Shown here: in pieces, positions 32,006 to 39,926 of the stretch
Layout: each line of letters opens with the position of its first letter
How positions within the stretch are numbered: position 1 is the stretch's first letter
Assembly: GCA_963838215.1 (NCBI GenBank)
Contig: CAWIQG010000005.1
Span: forward strand, 83,310-147,309
Reading direction: 5' to 3'
Length of the DNA stretch: 64,000 bases
Origin: an uncultured Bacteroidales bacterium
GTDB lineage: Bacteria > Bacteroidota > Bacteroidia > Bacteroidales > VadinHA17
Position numbers and translations under genes: made by a program
The notes under the pieces: generated by a model
Told to the model about the DNA's origin: nothing
Databases searched by the model: none
The model's input: only the letters and a program-made list of their open reading frames with translations

Positions 32006-32233
32006 TTACTGTTTAATGAGGTTAGTATTCAATGAATCCAAATATTTTTTACCAAGGCTCCGTTCCATCACCAGCAAAGCAAAAATACGCAAAATTCTGT
32101 TAAACTTGTCAGGTTTCTTTATCAAGTTGGCTGAGGCTATGGAAGTACCCAGGGAAATGATAACTTTTGATAAATTGAAAAGTAAATCCTTCAAAAGACA
32201 TATTATTATTTCGGCAATTATTTTCATTTGCAT
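32006..32233 (-). CDS. Possible small protein (75 aa) between PP2C and kinase genes
   Basis: The ORF fills an otherwise anomalous 222-nt gap in a tightly packed gene train. It overlaps the PP2C stop by 10 nt and ends 4 nt before the kinase ATG. There is no motif, and an antisense ORF of similar length exists (32016..32255 +). Confidence 0.3.
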   Translation of the reverse strand: MQMKIIAEIIICLLKDLLFNLSKVIISLGTSIASANLIKKPDKFNRILRIFALLVMERSLGKKYLDSLNTNLIKQ

Positions 32234-33404
32234 AATTTTTCAGTGGGCGTATTAACTGTTAAAGCAATATTCTTCTTAGAAAATGCATGCCATTTAAAAT
32301 CAGAACTCAAAGGCGTTTTCTGAACTGAAATCACAAATGTACTGCTATCTCCAGAAGATGATTTGGCAACAACTGGAGAAACATTATACTCACTCTTCTG
32401 AAATATCAGAAACAAAACTGTACAGAGAATCAATATCACAATAAATATCATGGCTGGGAAAAAGAAATTTCTGATCTTCCTGATTTTGTTGATAGACCGG
32501 ACCTTTCCGAATGAAATACATAACGCTGATATATTGTCATTCGATCCCTTTTCAAATGCGTTATTAATCAGATTTTTAGCAAATGTTTCAGGATCAGGAC
32601 CATTTTGATAGATCTGAAAAAAATCCAGCTCATCTTTTTTAACTGATTTGTCTGTAATTAATCCGTCCGAACAAAGCAGGAATATTTTTGGAGTTCGCAA
32701 ACTAAGATAGTCCCGATGCTCCGGATAAATGTCAGGTTTATCATTTCCTCCACTTACTGATCGTGTAATAATATGAGAAAACTGATTAAAATAATCCGTA
32801 TTTATTTTCTCCCCTGGTTGTTCTTTAATACTTCTTCAATATATGAATGATCTTTTGTAATTTGTTCGACGCCGTGTGAATCAATTTTATATAACCTGCT
32901 GTCACCAATATTTCCCCACACGTAAGAACCATTATGAATTAACAAGACAACAAGTGTCGTGCCCATACCTAAATGATCTATGTCTTTTTCAACTTCTTCT
33001 CTTACAGCGACTTGTGTTTTCAGGAAACCTTCTTCAAGAACAGATTTAAGCTGCGTCGGAAGAATTTGTTCATGAAATGATTCTTTTACATGTGATAAGA
33101 AAGTATTGACAGCCAGTTGGCTGGCAATCTCTCCGTGTTCATACCCTCCCATTCCGTCGGCTACAATAAAAAGATAGGTTCTGTCATCTATCTTCTCACA
33201 AAGAAATGAATCTTCATTATTTGATCGACGTCCTGTAATTGACTCCCCGTAATAAGTAATATTTTCTTCCAATAATGTGCTTATTAATATTGAATTCGTT
33301 AACCTTCCATTAATGTTAATAATTTTTAAATATGGTCGCGTCCGTAAATAAGATCTCCAGGAGTATTGATCAATATTGTTTTTGAAGTTTGATTGAAAAC
33401 CCAC
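32224..33404 (-). pseudogene. PP2C-family Ser/Thr phosphatase with C-terminal TM segment, split by a one-base frameshift (pseudogene or sequencing indel)
   Basis: Track ORFs 32802..33404 and 32224..32700 are the two halves. The first carries GRRSNNEDSF, VADGMGGYEHGEIAS, GTT and GDSRLY. The second carries LLCSDGL, GSNDNISALCISF, then TM FFFPAMIFIVILILCTVLFLIF. The -1 frame reads through the junction as GEKINTDYFNQFSHIITRSVSGGNDKPDIYPEHRDYLSLRTPKIF. One extra G in the GGGG run (plus-strand CCCC ~32811-32814) restores a ~393-aa protein. Confidence 0.85.
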
Positions 33405-34855
33405 TCAACGATAGCCCATATTACCAGAATTGCAGAAAGTGCATAACCATTAACCAGGTGGAATATCTTTAAATCGCGAAAAAAGATTATAACAATCAGG
33501 ATGTCAAAAATGGTGGCACCGGTATATGCTATTATAAGAGCTCTCAGATAAAATCTACGTACTATACCTTTATAAATACTTTGCAGGTCACTGTTCGATA
33601 AACCAAAGGCTTTAAAGGTTCCAAGGTTGGTTTTAATTTTATCGAGGTGCGTTTTTAAGAGATTAAAAATAAACAATCCTACACTTATAATACTGAATAT
33701 AAGCAGCATGGTTGCCATGGTCGTTGTAAGAATACTAATAGCAATAAAGTTCTTCTTGTCCTGAACTTTTGACATTTCAACCACAAGTTCATGTTCTTCG
33801 AAGAGAAATTTTTCGAATAATTCTACTCTTGTCAGGGATTTAAATGACACTGAAATTTTATCGTATGCAATGTTTATTTCAGGATTCTGGGGAAAAGGAT
33901 AACGGTAATACCTGTACAGTTTATTGGCAAAACCATTTAGTCCCGGTGACTTCAGTATTTTATTATAGATATTATCAAGCGAATCAATGTTCTCCGGTTG
34001 AGGGGAAAAAGAAATATCAAGTTGATAAGCATCAATATATGTATCGGAATTCAGAGATAAATCGACTAATGGGTCCTTTCCTTTTAAAACAGAGTCAGAT
34101 TTAAGGAACTTTTCTATACGTTTCTTTACTTCTAAAACCTCGTTTTTATCTTTAGTCTGTACAAAAATTGTTAAACTCTTGTAATCTTCTATGTTAAAAG
34201 GGTTATCCTGGCCAATGATCAACATTTTAAAGAAGAAAGGAGTGTACGCAAAATCAGAAACACCCGGTAATTCTTTTACCACTGCAATTATTGGAACAGG
34301 AACCTGATAATTACCGGAGTCTTTTTTCAGCATCTGCATTTGCACGAAAAGATCGCTCATTGAATAGCCAAAATCAGATAGGAATTTCTGCGTAACAATA
34401 ATGCCGCAATCTCTGTTGTCATAAAATTTGTTTCTTCCGACAATCTTATTTTTCTCTCCAAGGACCTGTTTCAGGATAGGGCTTCCTGGTTCAATAGATT
34501 GACCCTTAGCCGGTCTGAATTCATTTTTTTTAATATTATAAAATGTCCTGGGATACTCCACAACAGCGAGAACAGTATCATATAAAAAAGCTGACTTATA
34601 GATTTCGCTATTAAGATCCGTTTTAATAGATTCAACTTCTTTTGATTTGCTGTATGGAACATCTACATCAAGGTTTTGAACAAACGGATCATTCATTCTC
34701 AGACTGAGATATTCTATTCCTCCTTTCGATATTGCAATAGCCATAAATGTCCCAAAAAGAATACCTGTTAGGATTAAAAGGTTTTTTCTTTTTTTCCCGT
34801 TTATTTCCTCTATTTCTCTTTTGGTGAAAAGTTTCTTGAAATCTTTATTAATCAT
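33326..34855 (-). CDS. FtsX/MacB-type ABC permease (4 TM, large extracytoplasmic domain)
   Basis: 509 aa. One N-terminal TM (LLILTGILFGTFMAIAI), an extracytoplasmic region of ~300 aa, then three C-terminal TMs with an FtsX-like loop (KAFGLSNSDLQSIY). 2-nt gap from the ATPase gene. Confidence 0.75.
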   Translation of the reverse strand: MINKDFKKLFTKREIEEINGKKRKNLLILTGILFGTFMAIAISKGGIEYLSLRMNDPFVQNLDVDVPYSKSKEVESIKTDLNSEIYKSAFLYDTVLAVVEYPRTFYNIKKNEFRPAKGQSIEPGSPILKQVLGEKNKIVGRNKFYDNRDCGIIVTQKFLSDFGYSMSDLFVQMQMLKKDSGNYQVPVPIIAVVKELPGVSDFAYTPFFFKMLIIGQDNPFNIEDYKSLTIFVQTKDKNEVLEVKKRIEKFLKSDSVLKGKDPLVDLSLNSDTYIDAYQLDISFSPQPENIDSLDNIYNKILKSPGLNGFANKLYRYYRYPFPQNPEINIAYDKISVSFKSLTRVELFEKFLFEEHELVVEMSKVQDKKNFIAISILTTTMATMLLIFSIISVGLFIFNLLKTHLDKIKTNLGTFKAFGLSNSDLQSIYKGIVRRFYLRALIIAYTGATIFDILIVIIFFRDLKIFHLVNGYALSAILVIWAIVEWVFNQTSKTILINTPGDLIYGRDHI

Positions 34856-34857
34856 TC

Positions 34858-35676
34858 CTATTTAAGTTTTTTATGTAACAACTCCTTTAAATCCAGAATC
34901 TCATTTCCCTTAAAGTCAATCCATTTTCTTTCCTCATTTGTTCCAGTGGACCTGAAAATATTTTCCTCAAAGATTTCCCCATAGCTGCCATTATCTTTAA
35001 CCATCATTATTATCTGATCTGCAAATGCAAGCGAAAGATCAATATTATGAGACACAATTATTGAAGTTCTGTTCTTTTCCCCTAATGCCTTTTGTATTAC
35101 TCTCATTAGTTCAACAGAATTATTCTCGTCCAGATTACCAGTCGGTTCATCGCCGAAAAGGACAGAAAACTCAGGAGTTATTGCTCTTACAAATGCAAGT
35201 CTTTGTCGCTGACCACCAGACAATTCAGTCACATGGGCATCCCTTTTTATTTCCTGCAAACCTACCTGTTCCATAGCTTTCTCAACTTTCGATAACGCCT
35301 GTTCAATCTTTGCACCCTGAATCAGCTGGGGGATGCAGGCATTCTCATAGGCAGTGAAGTTATGCATGAGGTTTGTGTTCTGGAATATAAAACTCATGTG
35401 AGAGTTACGTACATCTGAAAGGAGCTTTTCTTCAGTCCACAAATCAGATAAATTATAATGCTTTTCTATTTGAGGCATGAATCTTATTTCTCCTTCAGCG
35501 ATTGTATTGTTCATTAATCCCAGGGTTTCAAGAATAGTGCTTTTACCGGCACCTGATTTTCCAATCATGACAACAAGCTGGCCGCCCATAATCACTAGAT
35601 GTTTAATCTTCAGTACCGGATTGATACCATCATACGAACAGACCACATTATTTAATTCATAAATAGCTTGGGGCAT
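34858..35676 (-). CDS. ABC ATPase of the MacB/LolD/FtsE type
   Basis: 272 aa. Walker A GKSGAGKST, signature LSGGQRQR, and Walker B with the family-typical GDEPTGNLD. Confidence 0.88.
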   Translation of the reverse strand: MPQAIYELNNVVCSYDGINPVLKIKHLVIMGGQLVVMIGKSGAGKSTILETLGLMNNTIAEGEIRFMPQIEKHYNLSDLWTEEKLLSDVRNSHMSFIFQNTNLMHNFTAYENACIPQLIQGAKIEQALSKVEKAMEQVGLQEIKRDAHVTELSGGQRQRLAFVRAITPEFSVLFGDEPTGNLDENNSVELMRVIQKALGEKNRTSIIVSHNIDLSLAFADQIIMMVKDNGSYGEIFEENIFRSTGTNEERKWIDFKGNEILDLKELLHKKLK

Positions 35677-35678
35677 AA

Positions 35679-37550
35679 TTATTTAAATTTATTATAAACT
35701 TCATACTTAATATTTGGATTCAGGGTATTCATCTTTCTGCAAAAGTTTTGAAGTTCTGATTCCCTGGATGTGTTGTTTGGATTGTTAAAATAGAGATAAA
35801 CCAAAATCTGGGTATTACTGGTTGCAAGCATCTGATTGACTCTTTCAATGAATTCCTTCAGGAAAAAAGACCTGCCTTCCAGTTCGGACCTATAAAAGTA
35901 ATCAGAAACATCAAAATGGATAGTAATCTTGTTTGTTACAACTTTGATTCCTCCCATAAGTTTGTTTTCCAGCCTGAGTTTATCATTAAACAGATCGGGA
36001 AGCAATGAACTGGAATTTCTCATCTGCCCGGTGATCTGCTCAAATCCTGTTTCTCCATTGGTTATTATCGGGTCAACCCCTGAACTATAGTAAATCATAT
36101 CGCCAACTTCGTTCGATTGATTTTCTGCCGTCCATACCTGTTTAAGATTCATATATAATCTTTTTATCTCAGCCTGAAGCTGATCATTACTTTTTTCTTC
36201 AAGAGGGGCGCTATGATCGATATAAAATACGCTATACTCTTTATAGGTATCACCTTTGATCGAAATTTTATTTGGTTTAAAGAGAGTTAATTTAGCTAGA
36301 ATATCCAAAGAGAGCATATTCTGAGGCAACCAATAATAACTGAGACCCGAAAAGAAATGAAATTTCTCCACCTCTTTTTCTGAAATCAGTTTTTCATAAT
36401 TATCCCCAAACGTTTTAAAATATGAATCAAAGTCAATATCCTTGATTTCACTAACAGGTGTCGTCTCCATACCTGAATACTCTGAAAAATCCAGACCAAG
36501 AGTATATCCCCATAATTCAGCAACATTCATCGATCTTATCTTCAGATTGTTTGTGTCGATATTCCGGCTTACAAAATATCCGAATAATTCAGATCTGAGT
36601 AATTCTTTTACAGGAGAGTCTTTTAATATCTTTGCAAAATCTTTAACCGCTGCAAACTGAATGTCATCCATAAAATTTGCTTTCAGAAACCTTGCATCTG
36701 CTAAATTCAGATATTGAGTATCCACTGCCAGAGCCAGTGGATTCAAAATTTTTGCTGTTCTCTGGTTATCATTTAAATAGAAAAAACCTAAATGGGCATT
36801 GTGCTTATAAATTTTCATTGCAGCTCTTGCAGTGTCATTAGCACTTGTTCTTCCCCTTTCTGAAAAAGTATAGAGCTTCTGTCCTTCTTCAACTTTCTTC
36901 CAATCAGGAACATACGCCCTGTTGCTGTATATGATGGTTATATCTGATAATTTCACCCAGAAAACATCATTCCTGGTCAGATTTTCATGAACAATATCGG
37001 TTACACTAAGCAGTAATGCATCAGTTTCCTGTTTTAAAACAAAATAAGCATCAAATACACTATCTGCAATTTGTTTATTTAACCCGGGCATATTTGACGG
37101 AAGATTTCTGTTATCCGGATTTTTCTTTATAAGAGCCCTAACAATTACCTTGTCAACACTGAGATTCCTCATTCCCAGAACCAGGTCCTGCTTTTTGACC
37201 CAACCTACTTCAATTGCACTTGCAGTAAATCTATAATTATTAGTTAGCAGTGCAGTTCCTCTTTTCTTAACAAGGCGGACTGCATCTTCAGTTTCATCCC
37301 ATACAGCAAAATACTGAAGAAATTTTTCAGTACCTTTCTGGTTCAGACACTCTTTGTCGCTGTAAACAGGTATATTGTCTTTTGCTGCCATAACATACCA
37401 CACATTTTCGCCTCTTTCATTTGACACAGAAGTGCTCATACCCGGATAAGGCGCTTCATACTTAAGAGGCATTTTTGGGAAAAAATCTCCTTCCTGACCA
37501 TACAAAAGTAATGGTAAAAGAATTCCCAATATTATAAGAATCTTTTTCAT
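35679..37550 (-). CDS. Exported protein, vWA-less paralogue of the two upstream vWA proteins
   Basis: Start taken at internal MKKILIILGILLPLLLYGQ (signal peptide). It shares the N-terminal module (P-M/L-x-Y-x-x-P, W-V...GWVKK...) and the internal SYYWLPQNML motif with 37561..39915 and 39927..42283. It has no DxTxS MIDAS motif and carries a unique ~185-aa C-terminal extension. Confidence 0.7.
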   Translation of the reverse strand: MKKILIILGILLPLLLYGQEGDFFPKMPLKYEAPYPGMSTSVSNERGENVWYVMAAKDNIPVYSDKECLNQKGTEKFLQYFAVWDETEDAVRLVKKRGTALLTNNYRFTASAIEVGWVKKQDLVLGMRNLSVDKVIVRALIKKNPDNRNLPSNMPGLNKQIADSVFDAYFVLKQETDALLLSVTDIVHENLTRNDVFWVKLSDITIIYSNRAYVPDWKKVEEGQKLYTFSERGRTSANDTARAAMKIYKHNAHLGFFYLNDNQRTAKILNPLALAVDTQYLNLADARFLKANFMDDIQFAAVKDFAKILKDSPVKELLRSELFGYFVSRNIDTNNLKIRSMNVAELWGYTLGLDFSEYSGMETTPVSEIKDIDFDSYFKTFGDNYEKLISEKEVEKFHFFSGLSYYWLPQNMLSLDILAKLTLFKPNKISIKGDTYKEYSVFYIDHSAPLEEKSNDQLQAEIKRLYMNLKQVWTAENQSNEVGDMIYYSSGVDPIITNGETGFEQITGQMRNSSSLLPDLFNDKLRLENKLMGGIKVVTNKITIHFDVSDYFYRSELEGRSFFLKEFIERVNQMLATSNTQILVYLYFNNPNNTSRESELQNFCRKMNTLNPNIKYEVYNKFK

Positions 37551-37560
37551 TGATATGATT

Positions 37561-39915
37561 TTAGGGTAAATAGCTTTGCGGTATCCAATACCAGGCTCTG
37601 TCATTTGAAAGAAAAAGGAATTCTTTGTTACCCGACAAGCGATTAAGGTCATCTCTCTTCTTTTTAATATTGTTAACTATATCATCAAATTCAGAATCTG
37701 ACACTACATTGAGATCACTCAAATCGTTCATCTTGTATTTCTGTAACAAAGGGTTCAATGATGGCAAGCCTGTTATTAATCCCATAAGTTCAGCCAGATT
37801 TTTATTAGCAATTTCATCCGGAGTGACCCCATAGTTGGCCCTGAGTATTTCCATCCAGCTCTCCCTTAACTTCTCTCTTCGTTTAGACTGTGTCTGATTC
37901 GGATCATAAATTTTATCAAGAGTTACCCTTAGATCATCGAACTCAGGTTGATCCAGAAACAAAACATAGTTATAAAGAGGGGTTACCATGCTGTCAATTC
38001 TTACAGGTGTATGGCCTCTAAGCATAAACTGATAATTCTTCTGCCTTATAATATTGATCTGGTCCACTGTAAAACCGGCTTTCATTAAAAGTTGAATGAC
38101 TTCCTGTGAAAATCCTGATTCCTTGCTTAAGTCTTCCGGAACAACATTCAGCAATTTTCTTAGCTCAGAAATCAGGCTGTCATTTCTGCTGTTAGTTAAA
38201 GTGATCATTCTTTTCACTAACTTCTGAGCCATATCTGCAGGGATTTGATGACCCTGGGTAACGTATTGCAATTCACCGTTTACAGGGCTATACTGAAGTG
38301 TAAAAAGGGTTTTGTTTTCCTTATCCTGTACCCAGCGAGGCCGGCTGTTGAGAGAGGTCAGATTAAGTGTTCCATATTTTTGTTTCAGGATTTCTGATAT
38401 TCCTTCAGCATTTTTCCTTCCCAGTTCATTTAGCTGTGTAATAAAATCCTCGTAGGATATATCCTTTTCATGATGCACCTGTATGCACAGAATGCCACAA
38501 CTGTATTTTTTAATTAAAGGAATTACATCTGATTCAGTAATGCGGCCTTCTCCTTCACGATCGCCTGAATCTCCTATCACTATAATAATATTAGTCTGTT
38601 GTTCAAATCCTCTTAAAACGTTGTCAACTTTTTTAAGCCCGAGATACATTCCTTCCGATGTAGTATTATCCCTGCATGCAGGCTCATCAGCGTCAACGGT
38701 AGCCATAAACCTCACAAATTGATTATAATCAGATAATTGATGAACTAAATAGCAACCATCATCTTCAGGTTTTTCATAATCGCGATATACCACAGCTCCA
38801 TATTTGAAACTATTTTCCGAATTCTGTACTGCAGCGGCGCTCTCCAACACAGCCTTACGTACCGATTCAAGATATGGGCCCATGGATTCGGTACCATCTA
38901 GAACAAAAACCAGATTAATATATCGTGATCTGGCTATCTGTTCGTTTAACATTCTCTGGATGTCAAGCATCTGGTCATTTTTTACATGCGTTCCATTTTC
39001 CTGAACCAGATCACTCACAACAGCCGTTTCAACTAAATTTCCTGCTTTTCTGAGAACAGGAAGGCGTTTCCAGTAAGGGCTATATCTGACGGTATAACGA
39101 TCATCGTTCCAAAAAGCAGATGATCCATCCCGTGTGGAAACAAATAGTTTTGCCTTTGTTGAATCGGTAAATAACGAACTTTTAATATTTAATTTAATCC
39201 GCTCTGCAGCAGCCTCCTTATCCCAGTTTGGTTCCAGTGCCTGACGCTGGTCCCAAACCTGCACACTCGATATATCCACCCAACCATTAACATAGTCGGC
39301 TAAGTTTCCGCGCGAGATATTATCCTTCTTACTGACCAGATACCTGTTACCTTCTTTCTTAAGAATGAAGAAGAATTCAAAAAGAGGAGTTTCTTTACTA
39401 TTCGGTGAGGCTGCAGCCGGAGAATCATAGAAAGCAAGCTTTTTTGCACCCTCCTTTATCCTTTCCATTTCGTGTTGCATCATCTCCGGGGTTGTAATGG
39501 TCATTACCTTAAGTCTGAAATTGGTTTTAGAACTATACAGTGTGCTTGGTGACAAGACACAGAAAGCTTTATCAACCCAGCCAAAATCATTTGGTTCCTG
39601 CATAAATTCTCCTACGCTTGCGCTGAAGGTTCCATCGTCACTTACAATATGAATCATTTTATCTTTCTCTTCCACAACCAGGAAACGATCCAAAAACTTC
39701 GGTGTTTTACCATTGCTTGTAGTTACACCTGCCCTGTCAATCCAGACGCTCCAATTCTGATTGCTGAGCGTGTTTGTACTATTAAGATCAGCAATCGACT
39801 CGAAGTTTGGTTTCAGATATTTAACCGGCATTCTGAGAGGTTGCTTCCCGGCAAATGGTTGCCCCGATAATGTGAATGGGCAGATTAGTAGTATTAAAAC
39901 GAATAGGTTTTTCAT
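37561..39915 (-). CDS. Exported von Willebrand factor A (vWA/MIDAS) domain protein with N-terminal SH3-like repeats and conserved C-terminal module
   Basis: 784 aa. Signal peptide MKNLFVLILLICPFTLSGQ. MIDAS-type LVFVLDGTESMGPY...IIIVIGDSGD. Ends in DRAWYWIPQSYLP. Confidence 0.8.
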   Translation of the reverse strand: MKNLFVLILLICPFTLSGQPFAGKQPLRMPVKYLKPNFESIADLNSTNTLSNQNWSVWIDRAGVTTSNGKTPKFLDRFLVVEEKDKMIHIVSDDGTFSASVGEFMQEPNDFGWVDKAFCVLSPSTLYSSKTNFRLKVMTITTPEMMQHEMERIKEGAKKLAFYDSPAAASPNSKETPLFEFFFILKKEGNRYLVSKKDNISRGNLADYVNGWVDISSVQVWDQRQALEPNWDKEAAAERIKLNIKSSLFTDSTKAKLFVSTRDGSSAFWNDDRYTVRYSPYWKRLPVLRKAGNLVETAVVSDLVQENGTHVKNDQMLDIQRMLNEQIARSRYINLVFVLDGTESMGPYLESVRKAVLESAAAVQNSENSFKYGAVVYRDYEKPEDDGCYLVHQLSDYNQFVRFMATVDADEPACRDNTTSEGMYLGLKKVDNVLRGFEQQTNIIIVIGDSGDREGEGRITESDVIPLIKKYSCGILCIQVHHEKDISYEDFITQLNELGRKNAEGISEILKQKYGTLNLTSLNSRPRWVQDKENKTLFTLQYSPVNGELQYVTQGHQIPADMAQKLVKRMITLTNSRNDSLISELRKLLNVVPEDLSKESGFSQEVIQLLMKAGFTVDQINIIRQKNYQFMLRGHTPVRIDSMVTPLYNYVLFLDQPEFDDLRVTLDKIYDPNQTQSKRREKLRESWMEILRANYGVTPDEIANKNLAELMGLITGLPSLNPLLQKYKMNDLSDLNVVSDSEFDDIVNNIKKKRDDLNRLSGNKEFLFLSNDRAWYWIPQSYLP

Positions 39916-39926
39916 ATTTAAATTTG

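Noticed and set aside
32800-32815. Programmed -1 ribosomal frameshifting at the PP2C and vWA2 junctions (the latter at ~40880-40895)
   Set aside because: No X_XXY_YYZ slippery heptamer precedes either stop, and no obvious downstream stem-loop is present. Both sites are repaired by one extra base in a short G/C run, so a mutation or sequencing indel is the simpler explanation.
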